Positions 24,640 through 37,570 of a stretch of 64,000 bases of DNA are shown one piece after another. The DNA is from Vicugna vicugna (lineage: Eukaryota). The first letter of the stretch is position 1. The number at the start of each line of letters is the position of its first letter. The notes below the pieces were generated by a model that saw nothing but the letters and a program-made list of their open reading frames with translations, was not told the DNA's origin and ran no database searches. Both the position numbers and the translations under genes were made by a program. The DNA lies in contig MU061578.1 of NCBI GenBank assembly GCA_013265495.1, positions 1,187,308 through 1,251,307 on the forward strand. Direction: 5' to 3'.

Positions 24640-24955
24640 AATTTTCCTTCCACTGGCTCTTTGCATGGCTGGTCCCTCTCACTTTGAGAATCAGCTTAAA
24701 CATCTCCTCCTCCAAGAGTCCCTTCTTGAATGCCCTGTCTCCAAATCCCATTTGTGCCCTGCATAGCGCTTACCAAGGCTGCCATCCATCATGCATCCAC
24801 TTACGTGGTTTCCCTGGTTCCTGTCTGTCCCTTACATCTGGGGATGCAAGCTTCAAGTCATCAATAATCTTGTCCCTCTTCTCACTTCTGCATGCCCACT
24901 GCTACAAAGAGTGCCTGGTGCACGAAAAATACTGGTTTAATTGATTCATTAACAT
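24640..24955 (+). mobile_element. L2 3' fragment
   Basis: ctctttgcatggctggtccctctca..tcagcttaaacatctcctcc...agtgcctggtgcac..ttaattgattcatt. Confidence 0.7.
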
Positions 24956-25839
24956 TCTATTTCGTTTGCTTGTGTATCTGCTTAATGCTGTTCATCAGAC
25001 AACTTTCGGGGCATCTACGCAGATCACTCCCTACCGAATTCACCTTAATAAATGTGGTGCTTCCAGGGAGCAGGCATCATGTGTTATGAATATGGGGCCC
25101 ACACATAGTAGATTTTCAATAAGTGTTTGTTGAATTAAATTAAACCATTACAGCAGAAACCAAACAATTTTTATTACACCGGGGCCTTGAGACAGACTGA
25201 TTTCCAAAAGAAAAAAGTCTTGAGCACTTAGAGAACTCAAATGTTTCAGAATAAAGGCAATGAGTTAGTCTTGAATCAATGACCTATTGAATTGTAAGGG
25301 GTTCCAAAGACTTAAGTTCATCACTAAAACCCATCAGGGGTGTTTGTTCTTTTGCTGCTTACATCACCAGAAATGTAAAATGAACAATGAAGAGTTACAA
25401 AATACTTTACAATCTGATTCCTGCATTTGCCAATTTTCAACTAACCTTGCAACGTAATTATCCAACACTGCCCATTCTCTTAACAGAATGGATAACAGAG
25501 TTATCTCGAGAGATGGAAACTCACACACATGCGCACAACATACACATGCACACGGCCATCATGCACCTGGAAGTTAAGAACACAATGAACACACAGATGG
25601 ACTGGACCCTTTATAGTTCATGGTGCTGTTATAGACCCACAGCAAAGGAGTTTCCAGGAGCAAGGGAGAATTCCGCGGGGGGGATATTAAATAATTCTAA
25701 GTATTCTAGAACTTTTTCTTAGTCCCATGAATACCAGAGATCTGCAGCATAAGCAATCCTATCAGACAGAATCACTTCAGAGAGCTGTCACTAGCAAAGA
25801 CAAAGACAAAGTCATAGAACGATTGCATTCCTTGCCTAG

Positions 25840-26378
25840 CATCCATTGCTCACCTCCACCTGTCTTAGCAGAACCACACCTCCTCCATTCTCAGATCAAA
25901 TGGTTGCAGAGGAAAAGATGAGAGCTCTTGCCTCTGTGTGACGTCATGTGACCCAGAGCTGGCCAATTACCATATACTACTGCCGGACCAATGTGATTGG
26001 CTGATGGATGGGTATAGACTCTAAACTAAACCAGTGAGAGGCAATCCTGGGACTTTTGCTTAAGTTTAAATACTTTGGGGGCAGAGATAGTCTGTTTCAG
26101 CTAAATATCCTTAGCTAGAGGAACATAACCTTGAAGTTGCTGGTGGCCACCAGAAACAAAAGCTTTTCTGTGACTGAAGCCCACATTAAAGAAAGCAGAG
26201 CTAAGAGAAGGAAAGACAGAGATTTCTGAGAATATGCTCTGAATTTCTCGGTGCAGCTGCGTCTGAGATCTACCTCTTGGACTTGCCGGTAAATTCTCCG
26301 TTCATGTGTGATTTTGTCTAAGCTTATTTGAGGTGGTTATTTTTGCCACTCACAACTGAAAGAAGACAGAAAAATACT
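25840..26378 (+). mobile_element. Old MLT1 (J/K/L-like) LTR
   Basis: catgtgacccagagctggccaat..gtgattggctga..ccagtgagaggcaatcctgggacttttgc..gccactcacaactgaaaga. Confidence 0.75.
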
Positions 26379-27579
26379 CAGTCAAAGAGCATAGTTGAAG
26401 GCAGGGAGCATTAGAGTTTGTTGGTTTCCTGTCCTTTTCTCTACTGACCGTGAACATGAAACCAACTTCAAAAATATTTGTCTTTTGGTGTCATAGTTTA
26501 AATATCCACACTAAGGAGGTATCTAGTAAAAAAAGGTACTGGCTTGACTATAGAAGCCCAATATTTCCATCCTATTGTGCCATTTATTTGAAAGCCAGGA
26601 AAACCGGATCTTGATCAAGATTTTTACTTTTCTAAATCTCACTTCTCTCACCTCTGACTTAGGTATAATTTCCTTCCATCTCAGATTTAGAATAGACTGT
26701 TCTAACCAGAGGGACATAATTCCTTGATGGGGATGAAGTGAGGTGCCAGGTTCATTTGAAAGTTTTTCAGACAACACTGGTTCTCTCCCATGAGAAGCTG
26801 TGATAAACATTGGTACAATGGTTATACCCTCAATTCTGTTGGAGGATGTAGGAGAGGAGATGAGGACAGAGTTTAGAGGCTGATAATGCAAAGTCTTCAA
26901 TACAGCACCTGACACTTAAGATATAAATGCTGTTTTTATTATTTAACTTGGCCTTAATTTATATACAAATTTAGGAAATACATCTATATAATCCTAAAAT
27001 TGCTATTCTGTTATAGTACGGAATTTCCTTCGCTTAACAAATGATTCTGGGTTTCACACATCAAAAATGTATATGGAAGATTAAATCCTGTTTTTTACTC
27101 ATGTTATTACAGAATCGGGAGCAACGTTGTCTTAAACAACGGATGGTTGACAGACTCCAAGTGTCCAGGCAGGTTTGAAAGAGAGATTCAGGTCAGTAAA
27201 ACAGAAGCAGCTGTCGGAGTGTTCTCATGCTTGTGAAGAGCTTTGGCAAAGGGTGCCAGTAGGTAGTGGTAATTTTTCATAGCTTAGAGTTAAGTGCATT
27301 TTAGGTCACAGGACTGGAGACTTCTGAAATATTGTTCAGCACCTGGGAGGTATTTTTACACAAATTCTGATACCATTATGCTTGCTGGTTACTATGCCCT
27401 GTGCAAGGCATATGCATTTCTTTATTTATATTTCTTTACATTAATTTATTATGTAAATACCACATATACATACTAGATACAGTTAGAAACTGCAGAGGGG
27501 CAAAAAAAAAAAAGGAAATAGCCATCAACCATACCAACCACTGCTATCACCTTGGTGTACGTACGTACTTTCAGAAACG

Positions 27580-27745
27580 AATTGGTGCAAAGCACAGCCT
27601 CTGGAGATTGACTTTTGGGTTTCATATCCTGGCTCTCTGCCACTTATTAGCTCATAAATTTAAGGAACTTTATCCTCTCTAGTCCTCAGTGTCACACACG
27701 CATGGTGTGGATAATAATAACACCTTCCCTCATATCACTATTATT
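27580..27745 (+). mobile_element. MIR
   Basis: gcacagcctctggag..tgggtttcatatcctggctctctgccacttattagct..cctcagt..ggataataataacacct. Confidence 0.75.
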
Positions 27746-28282
27746 TTTAATATATTTCAGACGGGACTTTATTGCACATACCTTTTTCTCAACCACCATT
27801 TCTTAGCAATATTTTATGAATCTCTTTCCCACCAATGATTACATCAGATTTGTAAATTCGGTAGGGCTGAAGATGGGTCACTTCCTTGTGAGGAAGTAAG
27901 TGCCATGTGACAAAGGGCCCTGTCATCCTCATTGGCTGTTTCATTCTCAGCACTAGACCCCAATGCCTGGCCCTTCACAAGCATTTCTATAAATTCTTAC
28001 TCAACTGCTCAACCGACCTGACACGGCACGTCATGGACGCAAGATAGTTCAAGTCCCGGAAAATCAAAATTGGTACAAATGCAGGAGAATGAGATCACTG
28101 GCTTTCCATCACCTCTTTTTAAAAAAACAACAACTTGGAAGAGGATGGATGACCCTTCAAACAGTGTAACATACAATAATATTTTGCACAGCAGGCTTGG
28201 AAAGCACCCGTGCTTTTCAGAAACAGAGTTTTGCATTATTTTTTTAGATGCAGAGCGAATTAGGTAGGGAGTTAGACATAGA

Positions 28283-28400
28283 AATGGAAGGAAGGTAGGA
28301 AGGAAGGAAAGAAGGAAGGAAAAAAGGAAGGAAGGAAGAGAAAGAAAGGTGCATGTGTGTGTGTGAGTGCGAGTGTGTGTCTGTGTGTCCACACACACAT
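28283..28400. repeat. (GGAA)n plus (TG)n/(CA)n simple repeats
   Basis: read directly. Confidence 0.9.
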
Positions 28401-30026
28401 GCAGAGTTAGGCTCAAGCTGGCAGGTGTACTATCCGTGCTCCATGTGATGGCTCAGACACCTCCCAACTCTGACAATATACTTGTAGCACTCAGTTGAAG
28501 TACATGCATTTCTGGTTTGAAAAGTTCTTTGGAAATTAGACTGTGTTTCCTCGTCTCAAAAAAAAATTGCTGGTTGGATGATTTTCATTTCTTTGTGAGA
28601 TGACAAGTGATACTTCATTTTTTAGCAAAAGGTTAATGTTAAGTCTCCAAACTTCATAAATTGTACTTTCTCCATAAAATAAACTATTGCATGCTGGTGT
28701 GCAAGATTAGCGAGGAATGTGCACACTGTTGAAAATAGATGAATTTTGCATTTCAAGGTGACAAGTGCAATGTCAGACCCAATCAATCGATCACTGCATA
28801 ATTATTATTGCAAATGATCCATATCCATGCCGCAAACCTTAAGGGGAATTTAATGAAGCAGTAAGCACATCAATAATAAGATCTACGTTGGTCTCTATTA
28901 AATCTCATGATTCATAAATACCCTGGCATGTTTTATTCTTCCTTTAAATCCTGTGAAGACATCTAAAAAAAAGTGAATGCTTGAAGGCTACCATTTAACA
29001 CTTCACTAAAGGCAATTCTAAGGCTTCCAGGAAGATTTAGGCTCCATATTGGATCCCTCTTTACATATATGTTAACGGAATCCAGTAGTCTATGGATATG
29101 TACAGAATAACGTTCCTCTGCAGAGTTAGAATCAAGGTAGACATTTGTCAACTCCCTTCTCAAATCTGAATTTCCATGGGAAAAAAACCTGCAGATAGAA
29201 GCTGAACTGGGATCCAATGACCAAAAGCAAGAGGAACAGGAAGACTAGACCCTGTCAGGGCTTTGCTTGCCTACACTGTTTTGTTGCGAGTTAGATAAAG
29301 GCACCTTCCACCGGGCAAGCCCAGCCCAACGTGGATGCAAGAATTGCTGGCTTGTGTAATAATCTCCATGCAAATCAAATGGCACCCTTGCCCCTCCAGA
29401 TGGATGCAGCTCCAGGCTTTAGCATACAGTGTGGTGAGGGGAGCAAAGGCCGGGTTTCAGCCTTGTCTCAGTGGCTCGGGGCAGTCCACCGATTTGTACA
29501 ACCCCTGGACATGAGTTCCAGACCAGAACCAAATGGTACCAGTTTGGAAGTCAGACATTCCAACTTTTTGATTTCTGCGCATCCGCCAAGTTCTGACATC
29601 AAGAGAGGATGGTAGCAGGGACACTTGGGAGCAATGCCTGAATTTGTCTTTAGTGGCAAGCAAACGTGTTTAAAAAAATGTCATACGCTGAACACTGACT
29701 CCATTTTAAAGCCTTGTTTTCACAAAATGCATCTTCTAATAACCTTATAATAAACTTTCATCTTTGTCTTAACAACTGTCATAGGATCTTTTCAAAAGGT
29801 GTCACTTATCAATATGTGATCTGCTCCCCTTCTGTAAATACTTTCAATTGTATAAATGGGTGCGTCATTTTTCTGTCTCTGAGGCTCTTCTATCTAAAAT
29901 GTTCTGGTGCCATCCGTATATGCACTGCTATATTCTAGGATTGCTATTCCCAATACTCCAGAATGTAACTCAGAGATTTCTTTCCATCACATATGAGTAT
30001 TAATATTTTGCTGAATTTCTTCTTAC

Positions 30027-30170
30027 CTTCAATGACTGGTGCACTCTCCACGCACCATGGTACATCATACGTGCCTCCAGCCTAGGGGGAGGTTGGCACA
30101 GTACTGGCTTAGTTTCCATCTGTGCCATGCTGGTGCAGGCAGAATAAATTCCTAGCCATGGGAATGAGTT
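30027..30170 (-). other. Candidate 144-nt internal exon, frame-preserving and open in phase 0
   Basis: minus strand: cattccttaccttgtgcAG|AACTCA...TTGAAG|GTAAGA; 48 stop-free codons NSFPWLGIYSACTSMAQ...HQSLK. Confidence 0.25.
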
Positions 30171-31589
30171 CTGCACAAGGTAAGGAATGCCTGCATGCAC
30201 AGCTCTGACTGTCTTAATCCTGGGCACTCAAATGAAGGAAGGCACCTTCCACTCTCGAGAAAAACACCGTGTAGTGAGATTTTGGCTTTTATTCTCTTTC
30301 AGACAAGAACTTGGGAAGGTATTTAGTATACTGAAATAACTCACGGTCAGGCATCCTTATCCATAATATTTGTTCCTGTGTCAACGTTTATTTCCTTGGG
30401 GTAGAACCCCTCTCTCGGGTCATAAAGTCCAAGTTTCTCTCTTCTGAAACACAATCTTTATACTTGCGAACTAACCTCTAAAAATGTTCAGCAGTTTAGA
30501 TTCCCACCAAAATGGCATGAGATTGAGTGCTCTCAAACTCTGGCAAGCACTCAGTGTATTATCCTTTTAAACCTCTCAATTTAACTAAACACTTGCTTTT
30601 AGTTTGCATTTATTTGACATTGGGGAGGATAAATATCCTAGATCTATGTCCACTTCATTTTTCCTGTCTGAATTATCCACTCACTCTCCTTCGCCCACTT
30701 GGAGCATTTGAAAGTTGCTATTGTTCATTTCATTCACATTTATCATGAGCTATGTTAAAGTAAAAATTTTAAAAACATATGTCCAATAATAAGAAAGTGA
30801 GTAAGTAAATTGAGTAAGTTAAAAAAAGGCACAACCTTTAAAAACTCATATTTTCAAATAAATGTAGGAACATCAGAAAATGTTCCTAAAGTAATCTGTA
30901 TGAAAATATATTTCCAGGACGATTCCAATTCTGGAGGAAAAGGATAGCCAAGTAAAATCAGATATATTGATATTTTTAAAAGATGGAGAAATTTATCAAA
31001 ACACTAAGAGTGGCTGAGTGATAGGTTGGGGGATTTTTCTTTTTATTCATATTTTGAACTCTTTATAGTGTACTGACATCATTTTTATTTTCATGGAGAA
31101 AGTGATCATTATTTTTTTTAAAAAAGAACATTTAACTATATCTATTTTTCAGAATGTGGATACTAGGACCCGATATTGATTCATTCTTTAGAGCCCAAAT
31201 TTTAAAAATGCTCGTATCTTCTAGTTTCTTTTCTCTTCATCCCTCTCTGAAGCTTTTCCCCTCCAGTTGAGAGTTTTATTTAGCCATAGGCAAAAAATTG
31301 AGCATATGTTCTCACCTTCCAGTGCAGAGCACTAAGCTAGGCACGAAAATGGTCCTGTCTTTTCCTCCTTAAGCCTCATCAGGCTCCATGCCAGTTTTAA
31401 AAAGAGGTTAAGAAAACGGTTAAGATCACACAGTGAGAACCTGGCACAAAATGAGTCTGAACCCAAGCCTGGGCGGCTCCAAACTCCTCACACTTTGGAC
31501 CGTTTCCCAGTGGCTAGATGGAGGGGTCAGCCCTGCGCTGCGCACACCTGCCCTCATGCTTCACCTACATTCATGCAGAAGGTAGTTTC

Positions 31590-31985
31590 TATAATGACGA
31601 TGACGATGCTGCTCCCTTTTACCAAACACCCACTACCAGCCACGTATGATTCTAGATACAAATCTCACAATGCATCATTCGATTTCCACCACAACCTTTT
31701 GGAAAAGGTACAAAGCAAGGGTTACATGCAAAATATTGAACAAGCAATACAGTTTGGTCCCTGACCAACCAGAAGGAAGCAGCAACTAATCCAAAAGGCA
31801 CGGCTCTCAGCAATCCAGCTAAATCCCTGCTGGACAGCAACCTCGTGCAGCAGAATTAGCCCCATTTCAAAGGTGGAGAAACTGAGGGTTACATGCAGGT
31901 AACTGTGGAAGGGCTTGACTTTGAATACATTTCTGCCTCACTGCAAAGTCCATGATCTTAACCATTGTAATATTCTATATCCTCA
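31590..31985 (-). mobile_element. MIR, interrupted
   Basis: tttccaccacaacc...gccccatttcaaaggtggagaaactgagg...tttgaatacatttctgcctcactgcaaagtccatgatcttaacca. Confidence 0.7.
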
Positions 31986-33362
31986 GGGAAAAAAAATGTC
32001 ATTATCTATGCATGATAAGTGACTGTACATGTTTTAAGAATGCCTATGTGGGTGAGTGTGTGTGTGTGCGTGTGTGAAATCCCTTTGCTTCCATAAAGTG
32101 AGCTACCTTCTACCTTCGGCATTGGCTTAATATTACAAATGAAAGAATGGCTTAAGAGTTTTGGCCCCTTTCATTGGTTTCAAACATTAAGGGCTTCATG
32201 GAAAATGTGAAGCTCTCATGCATAGGGGGAAAAAAAAAACGCTTCCCCTTTGGTCTGACTCTCAATCCTCCATTAACTAATTGTGTTCCTGTTCTCATTT
32301 GTAGCACTTGCCTCTTTGATTAGCCTTTTAATTTAGCACATTAACAACACTCTCTTTACTTGAATACTCCATCACTGAGCTCATTTAAGTCAAATGCCCT
32401 TGAAGATACTTGAAATTCCTAACAACACTCACTGTTATTAAAGTGTTTTGTATTTCTGATTGTCAACCCAAAGCGCCGGGCTATTGGACAGAGCAGGCCA
32501 TTGTGTAAAGAAGGGTGATTTATTCAAGGATCTCCCAGCCTGCTCCTCCGAGCTCTGCAGGAGAGCTCAGGGTTTCCGTCTACTCCACAGCTCTCTTTTT
32601 TTCAGTTTGCCCTTTATTCCTTCCCCTCTCCCTTCATAGTTTTTGGGTAAATGAGCCCAGGAGGCCTGCTGATTCAGCACATGTGAAGGAGTCATTGTAG
32701 AGGTCTGAGAATCAGGTTTCTTTGAAAATACGGATCAGAGCTGGATGCAGAGAAGCAGTGGGTTTGGTATGTCTGCGTACTTGCTTTTCACAAGTGGTAA
32801 CAAAGTCAAATTGGGTGGAATTTGGTTATTTGTAGCAGATGGAGAGGTGCTTAGAATCCTGGGAGAGAAATGACTACTCAGTTTTCTAAGGCTTCTCAAT
32901 TAAAGTAGAAAAAGGGAGAAAAAGAATAAAAGCTGCTCATCCCCTTGTCTTCCCCTGCTCTCTGCAGGGTCCGCCTCCCCCTGTTTTAACGCTCGGATGC
33001 TGCGAGGGAGATGTGGCTCGCTGATGTCAGGCCAAATCCCATGAAGCTCTAACCCAACATGATCTGGTGCCTGCCTGCCTCAGAACGCTCTCTCTCTCTG
33101 GCCACCCTTTCCTCACACCCTGAGCTTCGGCCAACCTGGCCTTCTGGAACTCCCTCACATGCAGAGTCCTCCTTACCACCACCTCTACCTGGTGACTTCC
33201 TCCCTGAGAGCGGCCTCCTAGCCCGCAGGTCCCAGATGAGAAGATCTCTTCTTGGAAAAGTCTCGCTTGATTCCTAACACGCCTCCTGCTTGTCTACGAC
33301 TCAAGCACTCTTTCTGTTTCTGTCTTAGATGCTGCCAGCTGTAATTATAATGTTGATTTACT

Positions 33363-33910
33363 TGTACTGTGGGCATCTATTGCTTTTACCTAAGCCATAT
33401 TCATTTCTCCTTCTGGTAACAGCTCTTTAATATTTTCTGGGAACCCACCTTTCCCCCTAATCTCAGTTCATGGTGTGTGTGTGTGTGTGTGTGTGTGTCT
33501 GTGTGTGAGCTCAGCCTATTCCCAGATGCCAAACAGGAAGTATTTGCCCAGGAGTGGACATCAAGTCTCAGGAATTGGTTCAGGGTGGGTATGTGGCCCA
33601 ATTCAAGTGCAACAGCATTGGCCTCAGAACTTTTCCCAGAATCTTTCTTGGATGAATGGTTATCAGTCCCCTGGGGCCGCTATCCTAGGGGAGATCAGCT
33701 TGCAGCCACAGGTGACTACCTCGGCCACCGTGTGGGAAGAGAACAAAGGAAAGAGGACCTGAGAAGCTGAGTGGGGTCCCCAGTGACACGGCTTGACCAC
33801 CTGCATCCGCCTGCCCTTGAGTCTATCTCTGGATTTCTCAGATATGGGAACCCACATATTCCCCCTTTTAAACTCAATTCACTTCTGCAACCATGAGCCT
33901 CAGCTCAAAC
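33363..33910 (+). mobile_element. Old MLT1 LTR with an internal (TG)n, inserted in an L2 (about 33010-33360 and 33960-34130)
   Basis: ccttctggtaacagc..ttttctgggaacc..aattggttcagggtgggtatgtggccca..ttctcagatatgggaacc..ttccccttttta; L2 tail resumes at 33960. Confidence 0.7.
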
Positions 33911-36900
33911 CCTTTATCTACTGGTTAATCCAGTAGCAGGTAATTTAGAGATTCCTTTGTTACCAAGTTGCTTTGTTTTGTTGTGTGTTATCTGTCTTCT
34001 CAACTATATATAAATTCTATGAGGACTGGGACCATCTCATGCTCACTCTGTCCCCAGCCCTCAACACACACAGAATCTAACACACTGGAAACTCTCAGTG
34101 GTTATTTTTGAATACACACATGAATTAAAAAGCACATTTCTAATTGTTTAGTGATGCCCCAAGATCTTGGAAAGATGATCATCCCCAATGAATGTACTCT
34201 GAGCTCCCACCTACTGTGTACCACGACACCCAAGTGTAGAGAAAACTCAGGGCACTTTGTCACACGAAAGGACTCATGAGGTAACTCAGACAAATAGAGG
34301 AGAAACAGCCAAATACAAGGGAGCAGGCAGTTCCACATCACTGACAAAAATGTAGCCAAATTTTCATTTTGTCGTGAGTTCTGTTAAGACAGAGCATTCT
34401 AGCTAGAACAAATCAAGGATCTTTTCAATACACAGATTCGTGAATAACAAAGCCGCAGGTCACCCTTTAATAGGAAACAGATCATTTCTTTAACGAACAT
34501 TTGTCTTTGATGCATTGGAAAAGCCAAGTCTGTTCTTTGGGTATCAAGAGATAGAGGCAGAACTTTCGGGCAATCAAAGCGAGTGGATATTCCAGACGGT
34601 AACCACAGCAAGGTAGTTAAATGTTAGCAGAGAGAGCTTGTTTGCCCTCCTCTCTCTCTTTTATAATGTGCTTTGCCTAAGGCATCTCCCATCTCAGCCA
34701 TACCCTCTAATCTAACTGGCAAGACATTGGAGTGGGGTAAATAATATGTCAATAATTAAAAACCCTGCAAAAGGAACACAGAAATCCCCATGTCATGGTA
34801 CCTGGGGGAGTCAATCCACTACATAAAATTTGAGAGACTGATTCTAATTAATAAAACCATGGGGAATATGAGATCCGAATGCCAAGACAGCCATGGTGCA
34901 TTCTATCCAGGGTACATCACCTCTTGAAACAGCATTACGCCTCCCCCAATCATTTCCCAATCTCCCTCTTCCTACACCCACCTCTCCTTCCCAATTGTTT
35001 TCTTGAATTTCCACCTAAGACATCTTTGGATAAAAGAGGGAAAGCACAATGTACAATTCTCTCTCTACTTGTCCTAAAAGCTTCGTGTTCCTTAGTTGTC
35101 AAAACAATGCTCTCTTGCTTCCCGAAATTATCTTGTTGGTATTGAATGTCAATTTTTCAATTTGTTCTTCTCTGAAAGGGGACACAGAAACTAATTTGGC
35201 TGCGTCGTTCAAACCTGCATCGTTTGATCAAGTATTTGTCTGAGAGTTTGTGAAATTTTCTAAAGGTATATGAAACACCACTCAAAATGTAAAATGAAGA
35301 ATAGGGCTGCTTCACATTAAGTCAGGTGTTTTTTGTTTTTTATTTTTTATTTTTTTTGGTCTGCACCTCTGGGGCTATAAAACCTGCAGAGTTGACTGAA
35401 GACTATGTTTAAAACTTAAACATAAAGCCTCCACAGCCCTTTTATATTACTACTCATCAGGTTTTGCTTTAAAAAAATTATATGCATGTATACATATATG
35501 GAAGGAATAAACCTAGTGCCTAGAATTTCCTACTGAGAGAAAACATTGGCTTATTTTTTATTTTGTTTCCTTCGATGCAATGCTATGTATTTGCTGCCCT
35601 ATATAGTTGAACCATCATTTTCACAAGAATCTTTAGACACAAGAATTCAATGAGTTTAGTGTCATTATTAGATTGGAAAGAAAAATGGATGGGGTTTTTT
35701 TTTTGATACAAATCACTTTACAGACAAAGAGGAACGTGCATGTAAACAGAATTTCAGAAAAATACAAAAAAAAAAAGTACCAATCAATTTACATCAATGG
35801 CTTCTGGGTGCTCAGGCGGAAAATAACGTATTACTCCTTCTGCCAGAGAGTCAGCAGTGAGTGGAGGCCGTGAATGGTTAAGCCAGAGGGGGTGAAGATG
35901 TAAGTCATAAACCAACCCCCATTCATTAAGGTTTGGGCCATGCACTTTCTCTCTCATCACCCAAAAGGTTGGGATGCTCCCGAGGGCCAATCACTCCTCT
36001 TCTACCTGAAGAGAATCTGAACACATGGGTGCCACTGACTTAAGGATGCTGGGAAACCAGCCCTTGGCCAATGTTTAATAAATATCTTCAAGCAACATCA
36101 CAGAGGTACTTTTGTTGGAATGCAGAGCAGGAAGTTGGCTGGTATGGAGGAAGAAAATGGTCATTAGAGTGTTCAAGAGAGCGGAGTATATGCGGGGCTC
36201 TGCGCTGCCCCTGGTGACACACAGACGACAGCAAGGACCCCAGGAGAAATGACAGCCGAGGAAGGTAAGAGATGAGTAAGGATCAGCTCCTTCATCAGAG
36301 AAATCAGAGTTGGCGGGGGTCCAGTTTTCTCAGCCCCTAAGATATCTGGTAGACCATATGGGTGGCTAAATGAACTTGCCAGGCCGGTAGAAATGAATCT
36401 CTGAATCAGCATTCGTTGAGGGCGGAAGGGGTCATCTTTGTACTCCTGAGGCATCTTGCTACAAAGCGGTCCAGTCGTAGAAAGCATAGAAATTCTCATT
36501 TTTGGGATAAAGGGCTGAAATCTTCCTCCCCACGAGAACTACAACGTTTCCTTTGGTTGCCACCAGCACAAATTTAACACAAATTCCCCCAAAAGGAGCC
36601 ACTCAATTAACGGGTCAACTAACTTGAATAAAACAGACCTTGCTCCAGCCTCCAGTGCACCAGAGCAAAGGTAGGAATCCCAACGAAAAGGAAGACGTTC
36701 TAGGGTTGGATCTGGCCGAAAGGAGCACATCTCTGGAGCAGAAACAAAGAATTAGCAAATTTGTGGATGGCAGTCAAACGGTGATTGATGTTAACAACCA
36801 ACTCTCCATTTTCAGCTCTTCCTAGTTTTCAGTACATCTTTACGGTCTACTCCCAAAGGTCCAGTGGAATGACCAGCATACAATTTGTGCTCAGTAAAGC

Positions 36901-36989
36901 TTAATAAATAATCAACAGACTGAACGAGTGTATGCTTAATGGATATATTAACACCATGCTAGGTACCAGCATAACTTTTTATGAGCAGC

Positions 36990-37570
36990 AGCAACTGACA
37001 GAGAATTGGTTAAGATACGGAACATCCATTCACCGGAATACCGTCTATGCTAACATTAACAGCCCTGTGGTGGAAAATACTTAATGGCACGGAACGTTAC
37101 GTGACAAAGGTAGGTTACAAAACAGTAAGTTCTTAAACTATGATCTCATTTTTTCCCCAACAGAACATTCCCTCTTGGAGGCCTCCTGGCTTCCTTCTTC
37201 ACATTTCAAGGTATCTGAACTTGCGACGCGTTTTACAATTGAGACCGCATTTTGACGCGATAGCATTGGTGCGTCTGCACATAAACCCACACGCACGCAC
37301 AAAGCAGAAACAAACAAACAACAACAAACCCTCTTAGTAAGTCAGTGGCCTCCCTTCTCATCCTTATAACCAATGTTGTCTCCAAACTGAGAAGATACTG
37401 CACGAATGCGTGCAAATGTGTGCGTTGGGGAAATATCGGTAAGAAATTAAGTAGGGTTAGTATTTAGATCTATGCCTTTGGTGGTAGAAGAGTTAGTGCT
37501 GTTTATTTTCTTCTCAGAGACTAATTTCACTACACAGAGTGTGTGTATTGCTTGTTTGAAATTAAGGAGG
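36990..37570 (+). mobile_element. Ancient L1ME-like 3' fragment(s)
   Basis: agaattggttaagatacggaacatccattcaccggaatacc..tacttaatggcacgg..aggttacaaaacagt. Confidence 0.5.
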
